The translations under genes and the position numbers were made by a program. Positions 1-11,200 of a DNA stretch of 64,000 bases are shown here, in pieces. The first letter of the stretch is position 1; each line of letters begins with the position of its first letter. The notes beneath the pieces were generated by a model. It had not been told where the DNA came from. It saw nothing but the letters and a program-made list of their open reading frames with translations, and searched no databases. Source of the stretch: Patiria miniata. Taxonomy: Eukaryota. The stretch lies in NCBI RefSeq assembly GCF_015706575.1, contig NW_024037060.1, positions 2,664,515-2,728,514 of the forward strand, in the 5' to 3' direction.

Positions 1-1012
1 GAAACCCAGCGAAAAACATTTTTGTATAAACATACTTGAAATGAAGGATGTAATAACCTATTTTTACAAAAAACTATCCTCCAGTCTAGTTGTGACTGAC
101 TGATAAAAACACGCATGTAAAGAGCTACATGTACATGTAACAGCTACATCATGAATATTTATGAGGTACAGCAACAAGACATCCCCATCCTATTTCCTGT
201 GAGGTTTTCCTGTTTTTATAAGTTACCAACCACCCAACCAACTCACAAACCACATGGGCCTTGCTCACCCTGGATTGAATCTTGTTTTTGGAGAGTTTAC
301 TAGGGCACTGGGTTATTTCAAAGTAGAAACAGAAACATTTTCTCAAACTAAACAGAAAGGTTTCGGGGGGGGGGGGGGGGGGGGGGAAGCCCGCTTTATC
401 CCAACTCCATCCAAAGCAGTTAAACTGTGCCGTTTCTTTCTTTATTTATCTTCAATGGCATCCTCGCTCATACCGGTAGTAATTGTTTTCAGTTCATGTT
501 ACAGATTGACAACTGACACTCTGAAAGTACAGCCAACACCATTTTCACTTCAGACACATTTCATGTTAATCTTCAAAATTCTACACTCCATATCCTTGAT
601 CGAAAACGCCACTCAAAAACTATAAAACTAAAGCAAGTTTTCAATTGAGCGTTTTTCCTGTTCAAATCACACAGTTAGTCCATAAACCCCATATCATCAA
701 CCGAAAGTCATATTCTGAAAGAAAAGACACCACCATTTGCACTTCCAATATTTTTCCTATTAGCCTACAGGTCTTCTACAATAATTCCCATATCAATCGA
801 AACCACAAGGTAATAATATACAAGGAAGTGGTGTTTTGAACTTCAAACACCATGGGGGAAGCTACGATATATTCAAGATTTATATATAACAAGCTTGGAA
901 ACAGTTTAGCCAAATCGAAAGTGGCCTCATATTTCCTTCTAATCACGGATCCTGATCAAGTATCGCGGGCTTGGATCAATTTTGAAAGTAACCACAGATT
1001 CCTTTCACTTAC

Positions 1013-1136
1013 TTGTTGTCCTTTTTCCGGCATTTTTTCTGATAGCAGACGCATCCCACGATGACGGCAATCAGAAGAGCGCCCCCGCCCACCGCAGCTG
1101 CAATAATGACGACTAAATCTGGCCCATCCGTGTTGC
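1013..1136 (-). CDS. Isolated transmembrane-helix exon of an unidentified - strand gene (NTDGPDLVVIIAAAVGGGALLIAVIVGCVCYQKKCRKKDNK)
   Basis: The acceptor is tgtttatag| and the donor is GACAACAA|gtaagtg, which is a perfect GTAAGT. A 24-residue hydrophobic helix is followed by a basic KKCRKK stop-transfer. The frame differs from the 101-aa ORF in the track. Confidence 0.4.
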
Positions 1137-1494
1137 CTATAAACATTGTGAAAAATGGACAAAAAGTGACAATACGCATTTAACTTCGTAACAATCAGTC
1201 GCTCAAATTCATTACACTTAAGGTTTACTTTAAAAAGCTTACTAGTTATTTCATATTTCAAGCATTTTTTTTATTTACCAGTAACTCTCCATATTGTTTT
1301 TTGGGAAAACAGTGAATATTCCTTGAAACAAGATTTTTTTTTTAATCATTAACCCTAAAGTCCTAGCCATCACAATTGTACTTGGGATAAACAACTGAGT
1401 ATTACAGAATCCTATGAGTGTTGTGCACACTTATTTGCTGAAGTATTTCATACTAGTTTACTAGTACTTGGCATTTTGTAGCTTTAGGCCCCCC

Positions 1495-1824
1495 AAAAAA
1501 GTCTCCGGTTTCTGGTATGCGCGCACGTCGCCGTAGCCATGCGCGTTGGCAAAATGAAACAGTTTTTTTTTCAATGAAAGATGATGTCTCAAACCGCCAA
1601 ACTCACTGGTTTGACTGGAATCCTGCTGCTGCACAATTATAACGTGTTTTTAGATTGGGTTATGGTCGAGAATAAGCTTTATGTGGCCTCTCTGGACTCC
1701 CATATATTTGCACTAAGCTTAGTTGGGCACCATTTGCAGTCATCAGTCATCAAAACAAAAAAGCCGCGTCGCCGCACCACTTTGTGGACAAGCTCCATAC
1801 CAGAAACCGGAGACTTTTTTTTTT
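1495..1824. mobile_element. MITE-like element (~330 bp) with ~24-bp perfect TIRs (aaaaaagtctccggtttctggtat / ataccagaaaccggagactttttt)
   Basis: A perfect inverted repeat sits at 1495-1518 and 1797-1824 and encloses non-coding AT-rich sequence. The 83-aa ORF inside is not credible as a gene. Confidence 0.5.
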
Positions 1825-3488
1825 GTCCTTAGGTGAGGTTAGGGTTAAAACTGTCCAAAACTACTATTGGCTAAGCATGTTCACGTAGTTTTATGCCAAG
1901 TGCTGCATGGAGATTGAATGACAGGGGAAACTTCACTGAAAGATCGCCAAGAAGGCGAGGCTAAACAGACATCCATAAATTCACTACATGTACCTGCGTC
2001 TGTTGTCAGGCTCTTCTCACTAGGTTTTGGCTTGATCCCCGCTTCAAAATGAATGGTTGGTATTGGCATGGGGGTTGTTGGTGGCCTTGGTGTGGTTGGC
2101 TTGTTACTGAGAAAAAAAAATTAAAACTGAAAATTATTTGCATAAATCACAAACCACCTACTCGGGTGGCGGTACATTTAACATTGCAGCCGTCAATAAT
2201 AAGGGCTGAGCAGCACTCAAACTTGAATTGCCGTCAAACTTTGTGGTGTCAGTTCTTACTACTTTTACTAATTTCGATATGTTTACCGAGATACTTGAAA
2301 GAAAAGAGGTCCTCCATGTTTTGCTGATTTTAGTAATGTTGTGCAAGCCCGACCAGACTCAAAACCGACTTCGGGTCGGTTTGTCCATCATTTCAGTTGG
2401 GTCGGGTCGGTTTCAGTTTTGCGTTTGCGAAATTTGGGTCGGGTTGGTTAAGCTATTTTGGAAAAACCCGAAAATAAACCGTAATAAACCGAAACAGTTT
2501 GGAAATTCACACGGTGCAAAATTTACTGCAGAGTCACTGTGTCCGGTACGTCCAAATGCGGCCAACCTGACCTGAAGCACAACATTAGTTCTTAGCTAAA
2601 TGAGCCAATGCAATATGGCTGTGCATATATTCGATTTTTATTCCAACTTGGACTTGATCAAATACTCATATATTAGATTTTGAAATGCACTGATAAGTTA
2701 AAATGTGGAAGGCCTAAACTGCCACCGATTGGGATTTGTATTCTTTGCGTTTGTCAAAGATTTCTGAAGAACTTGTTAATATAATATAATGAACAGGTTG
2801 CCAAATGGCCTCATAATTGACCAATTTGAAGAAGAAATTAGAGGTAATATTCCTCATGGAAACTTCCAAATCATGCCAAAAGTGGCACTGAACAAAACTG
2901 TGGCATTTATAATAATAATAATAATAATAATTTGGGAGGCTAATCATCCTTACTCGCAGCTGGTATGCTGAATTGCGAAGGACGCCGCTACAATAAAACC
3001 ACACAATCAATAAACCACACAACCTGGAGACCACCCGTATTTTTTGAATATTTGACTCGAAAATATGCTATTGTGATATTTGGTTTTGATTGAATATTTA
3101 AACATGTGGTATATTCAGCACAACGCTTCAGTTAGATTTTTTTTTCCTCACTCTAGATAATCTTTAGCTAATCGCTTTTGACTAGCCAAAACGTATGCAC
3201 ACATGCAACATTCTTGAAAGACTGCCATGACTGTTATTTCTTCTAAGTCAGCCAGCTCAGTAGCTTGATGAAGTAGTCCAGTTCAAAGGATATTCGGGAT
3301 AAAATGGAAGCGTCTTGTAAATCCGACGATACGCGGACGCCCATTGTGCTCATAATCAATGCAAGAGCATCATGCGATCGTCTCCTTGCACATTCATGTG
3401 CCTTCGATGAATGTTCCATTATTCCGAATGACCTGCGACCAACATCACTGATTTGAAAATCACAGGTGTGTGGAAAAACGCACACCTG

Positions 3489-3730
3489 GATTTTTCTAGG
3501 AGTGTGATTTTTCTAGGCGTGTGATTTTTCCAGGCGTGTGATTTTTCTAGGCGTGTGATTTTTCTAGGAAGGTGATTTTTCTAGGCGTGTGATTTTTCTA
3601 GGAGTGTGATTTTTCTAGGAGTGTGATTTTTCTAGGCGTGTGATTTTTCTAGGAGTGTGATTTTTCTAGGCGTGTGATTTTTCCAGGCGTGTGATTTTTC
3701 TAGGCGTGTGATTTTTCTAGGCGTGTGATT
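3489..3730. repeat. 18-bp minisatellite (gatttttctaggcgtgtg)n, ~13 units
   Basis: Direct tandem repeats with point variants (agg/cgg, cta/cca). Confidence 0.9.
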
Positions 3731-4098
3731 CTGTGGTCCAAGCCTGGGACTGAACAATCTGGAATTGTTTTTCAAAATATTCATCTTGGTTTACAATAAA
3801 GCCATATTCTCTTCACAGACATACTTTATTTTCCACAAATTATGAAGTATAATTATGCTGTAAATGTATGCCGAGGTGTGCGGTACTGAGGGATTCAGGC
3901 GTGCAATTATTCGCACTTCTCAGGAAGCATTTAGGTGTGTGATGGCGTGAGGGTGTGATCGCACGCCTCAAAACAGAAGGACTGCTGCATGCTTGCCAGT
4001 CGAAATACCAAAATGGGTTATTGTCACAACCTGACTAGTTTTAAGAAACAAAGTTTATTCTGTGTTATCATGGGCTTTTTTTACAATGGAAAATGAAT

Positions 4099-4307
4099 TT
4101 ACGTTGAGCAGGAGCAAGTGGGGCACATATCCTCAAGCAGCATTGATGAATCAGTATTGCCAGGCCAGATGTGCACATCGCCGTTCTCTTGGGAGAAACA
4201 CACCAGGTTATTCTCCTCCGTATGTTCGCACTTTCTACACTCGCTGTCGTCATTGGTGCAGACACAAGCCACGTAGGAAGATTGATTGGGACGGCAGCGA
4301 TACACAT
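4099..4307 (-). CDS. Cys-rich exon ending in a stop (VYRCRPNQSSYVACVCTNDDSECRKCEHTEENNLVCFSQENGDVHIWPGN...CPTCSCST*) of an unidentified - strand gene
   Basis: The acceptor is ttttgacccag|. There are ten cysteines in ~65 residues. It is either the terminal exon (in-frame TAA at 4099-4101) or spliced at an AAC|gtaaat donor just before the stop. Confidence 0.4.
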
Positions 4308-4431
4308 CTGGGTCAAAAAATAATTAAAAATAAGAAGGATTTGATAATAATAATAGTAATGTGGTGCTTATAATAATGGTATCAAAGCACTTCACAATTA
4401 TTACCCCTGTTCATCATGCCATGAGACCGTT

Positions 4432-4627
4432 CAGCAGCTCGAGATCGGTGCAATCTGGTCTCTAATTCACTGGTACCCATTTATACTCCTGGGTGGAGAG
4501 AGGCAGTTTTAATAAGGTGTCTTGCCCAAGAACACCAGCACCATGTGCCCTGTCAGGGTTCGAACCCACGTACATGTACCATGGCACATGAGTCCAACAC
4601 CCTAACCATTGGACCAAGGCACAGCAC
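4432..4627 (-). mobile_element. tRNA-derived SINE, copy 1 (sense strand = minus)
   Basis: It shares the region ...cttgcccaagaacac...cagggttcgaacccacg...ccattggaccaaggcac with three other loci. The reverse complement shows a tRNA-like head (GGGGTGCTGTGGTCCAATGGTTA...GGGTTCGAATCC). Confidence 0.6.
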
Positions 4628-5138
4628 TTCAAGCTCAAGAAATGTACCGGTACTGAAGATCAAATCACCTTAACAATTTCAAAAATTTAAACTGCTAGAG
4701 AGCATCTAGTATTGGAGTAAACTGAGAAAGTTGAGGATTTATGTGCCAACAAACTGCTACATACATGTATGCAGTTTGATTCGATCATCTCACGTTATAT
4801 TAATACAAACTCAGCCTGACCTACCAAATTGTCTGTTACATTTGTACACCCAGATTTTGTACTAAAACACTGCTCCCATTCATTGTGCACATAAATGCAC
4901 CGAAGCTTCATGTTCATGGTTACCAATGTATTACGAGAGTCAACTATATTACGAGAGTCAACTTCTCGGTATTATCAGTGCAAACTACCGGTACATGTAA
5001 CTGAGAACAATTAATTGATAAAAATCTTACTGGACCGTCAAAACTTGTTGCTCGCTGGCCAATTAGCTATGTATTTTGAGTCTAGGTAGCCTACATGTAT
5101 ATGTTCAAAACAACTGGTAACCAGTCTTCTTAGCTTAC

Positions 5139-5254
5139 ATTGGTAACCCATTGCTGGGGCGTTTCTCCACTCATCGCAAGTGTCCAGAAAGTCGAAGAGA
5201 TTATTTGCCACACGGTCTACGCAGTCAGAACACCACGTTGTGCAATTTGGTAAT
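5139..5254 (-). CDS. Cys/Trp-containing exon (RLPNCTTWCSDCVDRVANNLFDFLDTCDEWRNAPAMGYQ) immediately upstream of the 4099-4307 exon
   Basis: The acceptor is tctcacttcag| and the donor is CCAAT|gtaagc. It ends in phase 1 and joins the 4307 exon in frame (T+AT gives Tyr). The domain family was not recognised. Confidence 0.35.
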
Positions 5255-8200
5255 CTGAAGTGAGAAAAAGTTACCAGTATTAACAAGAAAATGATAATGA
5301 TATTTTTTTATTTGCTTATTTCATAAAGTAAGGAAAGTCAAGCTTTCACTTACAATGCATGGTAATATTAAGTAATTCCTGAATTTCATTCCAACTTTAC
5401 AACATTTAATTTTCACATTTCCAAGTTCTTTCAAGTGAAATCTACACATGTAGTAAAACCCTAACCATGTTTAAATTTGTACTTGAAGTTGAACACCGGC
5501 CTACATGTACATGTAGTCCAAAGTCCAAACTAATACACAGCCACGTTGGACACCCACATGTAATGTATTGTAGGCAGTTCCACGTACATTTCACAGATTC
5601 AAAGAAAGAACGAAATTCCATTGTGATAAAATTACGCAAGCTGAACCTCAAAAATGTCAAGTACGTGTAGCCGATGTCAAATACTACCGACAGCACATGG
5701 GGTCATTGGGGTGTGTATACTGTCCGAATATAACGTTTCTCACCGGGTACACATAAACATCAATATAGTTCAAGTAAAATTTGCTTGTCCTACAGCATAT
5801 TAAATCTGTTTTACCTTTCAAACGGAGTTTTGGCGGAAGACACAATTTGACTCTTTTTTTAATTTACAAATAATATCAATATGCACATGCGTTAAATTCA
5901 TTTGGAGAATACCATTTACGAGTGTGTGTAAAAGTAATTGACAAAATTCTAAGAAATTAGCCCTGAAGACATTTGTTTTTTTTCACTCATCAGTTTTTCA
6001 TATGCAGTTAAAAAGATGATTTTTTTGCTAATCACTTTGATATTTCATGCACAGATAGTTTGCGATGTTGGTGAAATTGTTGACTGAGTTCCGCTGTGCA
6101 AGAAAAGCAGAGCTCTGACTCATTTTTTGTTTTGTCTTTTATTTTGTCACAATCTTTCATTTGTTTTTTTTTTTGTCTTTTATTATTTTTTTTCATTTTT
6201 ACTTTCTGTGGTGTCCTTTTAGACTGTAACAATCACAAAATGCAAAAAAAAACCACCCCAAAACAAGTAATTTCTTAACCTGGGTTAACTTTGAACAGTT
6301 TGTGGTTTAAATAAGTCAAAGTCCAAAAAGCCTAAAGAGCAGATTTTGTTAGCCCCGAGGCGTGAATATCCTTAATCAATATTCAAACTACAGCAGGTCA
6401 AGGATGAAGGGAAAGAATGGTAATTTCCTGAACCAGTGGCAGCATGGCCTTACAGAAGCGAGAACTCCGACATATGAATTATTCATCTACACTGCCTAAA
6501 AGGAATAACTGAAGGGGCCTTCCTGCTGTTTTTGTAATGATAATGGAGCTGTGGAGATTTTGCTGTCCGAGCGAATGGGCGCCATCGGGATAGCAAGGCC
6601 ATTCCTTCTCATTTGTGTAAATTGCACTGTGTCTGAATAAAAAGTATGACAACCGTCACGGTGGATGGGTTCGATCATCGGATCCGTGATAGATGACAAA
6701 CTGGCCATTTCTAGGAAAGGTGATCTGTGCTGGCTCCTGGCACAATATTCCTGAATTACTGAAATTGTCCAGGACTATATGTAATGGATACCATAGACAC
6801 ATTTTTTTTTGGGGGGGGGGGGAGAATTGTTACAGATGTCTGTGTACTTGGAGCACCATTTGAGTTGGTTGGATGAGTTGCAGAGATGTGGGATTATTTA
6901 AGAGTTTGGAATGATTCTGAAGGTACCGTATGACTGAAAGACGATAATACATGTACATGTATGAGTCACAATATGGTCAAAAATGGATCCCAAACGGAGA
7001 CAACTAAAGAAAACACACACATACCCGGTACATACGGGTAGAAGTGGAGACTATTTATAACTAAGATTGAGTGAGGGAGCTGGGGGGGGGGGGGGACGGG
7101 TAGATCATGGAGGCCGGGAAGGAAAAATCCATGAGATAAATCGGAAGTGGATTTGAGGGTCACCGAGGGATACAGTGCATTGTAGGGTCTTCTTTTGGTC
7201 TTACATGTAATTCTAAAAGGTAAAAACACTTTTAATTAAGGTATCGGTAAAACCTTAAAAATCTCATATTTCACAACTGACACAAGGAATTCTTTCAAAA
7301 AAATCCTGACCAAAACTCCTGAATTCAGAAAAAAAATCTTGACAAATCTCACCCCTGATACAAATATGTAACAAAGTCAGCCATACACGTACATATGTAC
7401 ATGTACCAGTAGTAACGTACAATTATACATGTACAATGTAGGAGGCCACAGATACAGTGAACAGGCAATAGCTATCCCTAACAGTCCTGAATCCTCCAAT
7501 TTCAATACGATTTTGCACACCCCCTAGGGAGTTAGGTTAAAACTGATGATGTACTGTAGAGTAAACATACTTCAAATTGTCTTTGTGGCCAGAATAGACA
7601 GGTGGCCACGATGGACAGGTGGCCTCATTACTCAACAGGTGATCGTGATGTTCAAAGAGATTCAGCATTCACTGAAGTTACAAAATGGTAGGCCTATATA
7701 TTTATCAATCAATTACATCAACACCATTACATCAATTACCCGGTACATTTACCAGAACAAATTACACAAATTACACACTACAACTCTCTTTACAAAAAAA
7801 ACCACCTACATGTAATTCCAAAACTTCACTTTTAGTCTTTCACTTTAGTGTTTGGGGTCAATTTTAGCGTCATGCTACTGTCATCCTCATTTTAATGGCA
7901 TTTATCAGGAAGGTTTCCTCCTACGCACAGCTGCCAAAGGGGAACAGAGTCATGAAGGAAGAAGGAACAAAGTTACAAAACAAATTGCTGCCAGCTGTGA
8001 GAGTTCAAACCCAGAGCTGAGATTTTCTAGGAAAGACTGCAGCATCCGAGCCCACACTCCTCTCAGGGGGTTGTCTAGCCATAGAAGGGTTCACCCTCGG
8101 TCAAGTCAAGGAAGATGAAGTTTTCATCTTCCAAATAAATGTCACGCAGTCATTTACTGCGTCATTTGGGGAGGATACAGTGAGTAAGTCTGACTTCCAG

Positions 8201-11200
8201 ATGGGCTCGTATATCATGGTCGTACTATCTACCTGAAGAGGCTTGCGAAATTAACCTATAAATAATTACGTGTGACTGTTTGGGGTCAAACTGACTGTGT
8301 TTTCCTGTTTTTCTCTGTTTGTGGTTTGCACAATAGTAAACCACACTACATTGGAAAATACAGTGCCCAGTCCTGACATTTCATCATAAATCACTCGACA
8401 CAATTAAGCATTTCAAATACAATTTACCAACGTGGAACCAACTCAAGAAACAATATTATTGTAAATATTCCTGAGTTCCAGCCCTGAGTAAATAAAACCT
8501 GTTGTTGATGCAATGTAGTCCAAACTTCTTTTGGTAGATTTTAAGGGGTAAAAACCTTGTCTGTATACACAAACACAGAAAAATGTGCACCAACAGCAAA
8601 GTTCATACACACGCACATTAGATAATGTACATGTAGCAATGGGTAGGCCTACGGTACACCGGGTTATAGGGAAGTTTATTATTGTAAGACAAATTCACTT
8701 TTGTCAGAGCAGACTTGCTGGATGGTTGCGTATTTCGTTCTCGATTCTTATCAGTTAATTTTCAAAGCCTGCCGCCTCCCCTTCAACTGCCTGTTTATTT
8801 CAGTCCTCACAAATACCTCGTGGCTATGAGTGTACATGTATGCCCCCACAACTACGAAACAAGAATGTGTACATACATAAAACCACACATTTATTATTTT
8901 TGTAACGTCTACCTGCTCATGCATGTACCGATACAGTGTATGTATTTCTTTTACTTCACAATGTTCAAGCGCATACTCAAAATAAAATAATTACAAATGC
9001 AATCTTTCCTTATCAGGAAATTGTCAATTCAGTCAGATGCAGCCCTCACAACAAAATTGCTCTATCAGTCTTATTATCACACCATGGCATTGCACCCTGT
9101 TTTCTAGGAATACCGTACAACGGCCCGTAATCAACTTATGCACTGCCTGATTCATATTCAGTGAAGGCCACACAGCACGAATGTAACAGTAGTATGACAA
9201 CAAGTACTGTCCTCTGGCAGTTTCAAGCACCGCTGGTTTCGCAAGATTCGACATGACAGTTTCCACAGAAATGTTTGCTTCCCAACAAAATATAATAAAT
9301 TGCTTTCCTTTCCGATTTAATTCAGCGTGGTATGCCAGAGAGCAAAGCCTCATCAAGTGTTATTGCCCTTTTTTTCCATGAAGGGGCATGCATTAAAGGT
9401 GCAATGTTGTTTCATTACATTTCTAAATTTTCACGTTTGGAATTTTTTTTTACAAAACATTTTTTTTAAGTTTCATCATGTGCTATAAAACAAAATGGCC
9501 GAATAAATTAAGCATCAGATATTTCATTTGTGTTTAATTAGGAAATCCTAATCAAAATTTGATTAGGAATTTGATTTCTCTTCAAAGAAAAAAACAGGGT
9601 TTGCTTCCAAAGTTTAACCTTTTAAATGCCTTAAAAAAAAAGGCATTTTGTTTGTCTTTTGATGATACTGGAAAAGTGGAGTGTGTAAAACAAACCACAA
9701 AAGAAGTTAGGGAGGACATTACAAGCTGATGAAAGCTCGGATTCCAGAGAAAATCATGTCCAAGCAGCTGTTTACATTTGTCAAGTGAATGTTCTGCCAC
9801 TTCTGGGCCGACATTCCAATAACATTTCTCAAGCAGAGAAAAAACAGAACGTCAGGATGCAATGCACAACATACAGATGGAGCAGTTTATTCCTGGAAAG
9901 ACATACATCAACAGTACAACAAGTATGTACGTACTGTACATGTACATACTGTACACACTTTCCCTTTTCTGTTCAAAACTTCAATTTAGCATGGAGTGTC
10001 ACGTAGGGTGATTTTCTTGTAAGTTGTAGACGTCATGTAGGGGCAGATATTACGCAAAGTTATTTCATTACATATCTATATATTTTCATAACATTGCAAA
10101 TGCTTCACAAAACATTTTTTGTACATGTAAATTAATGCCATGGAATGTACAAGTCTGATGTCCCAATGTTTGTTGTAATAGTTCCTCTCCCCATGCAATT
10201 TTTAAGTTTCACCCCGAAAGAAACATAAAATATTATTATTTTTTTACATTTTTCCAGTGATTAAAAAAAGGTCTATTTGTGCGCTATGGGCACCAAAAGC
10301 AACCCAAAATTTTCCAAAATAGAAAAGATTTATATAAAATATTACAGATTGAAAATACATATTATGGGCATTACAGAGTTATGTCAGTGACAGAGTTTTT
10401 AAGAGCTCAGTGAATAAACCTGAATATTTGTATTTTTCAAATCTTATACATTTTTTAGTAAGGCCAAATAATAAAAAAGAAACATGTTAAGCGTCCCTGC
10501 CCGCTTCCTTTTTGGAGGCCGCCGCCTCCTTTTTTGGAGGGGAAAAACAAAGGGCCTCCCGCGTCCAGGATGCAAAACATGTTTGTTTTTTTATTTGGCC
10601 TAATGGACAAAGAGATTACAGGGAGTTTGGGATCATTTCTCTGAATCATTAATTGGATAACCACGGACATGAAATTTCCTGTAACTGCCAATATCTTTAA
10701 GAGCACGAACGTAGAGCGACTTTAAAAAACCATGAAAACCAATTACGCCAATATGTGCTGTTCCATGCCTGACTAGAACTCTGAGTATGGCAAATTACTA
10801 GATGCCTGGTAAACCCATCACTTTGCGAAATGAAAGAGGACAGACATCATTTCCTTCCCAGCGTTAATGTTGACTTGGAAATGCGAACAATAACTCAATT
10901 CAATTCCCCCTGTCAGAGATTCCTGTCAGAAGTGCTCTAAATTCCACTTCCCAAATGCAGTTATACTTGAGCACATTACAGGTCATTATAATATAATGGC
11001 AGATCGTATGTCACAAGGGAGACATCAAAGCCTACTAGTCTACACAGCAGGAATATTAAAATGCCAATCTCATTCTAAGGAGGGTTAGACCATATCATTT
11101 GATGCCTACAGTGTGGTATTTTGATTTGCACGTGATGTGGTTTTATTGATATTGACTTGTTACACTGGCCCTGGCATGTATGATACTGTATCATGTTCCA

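Noticed and set aside
361-386. Long G/C homopolymers as CRISPR-like or telomeric repeats
   Set aside because: They are simple homopolymers with no repeat-spacer periodicity. The window is eukaryotic, and the tracts are either G4-prone low-complexity DNA or assembly artefacts.
1581-1832. 83-aa ORF MMSQTAKLTGLTGILLL...
   Set aside because: It lies entirely inside a MITE bounded by perfect 24-bp TIRs, with no splice or coding signals.
6496-6708. 70-aa minus-strand ORF MASLSSITDPMIEPIHRDGCHTFYSDTVQF...
   Set aside because: It has no recognisable domain, no flanking splice-phase support, and ends in a stop. It is probably a random ORF.
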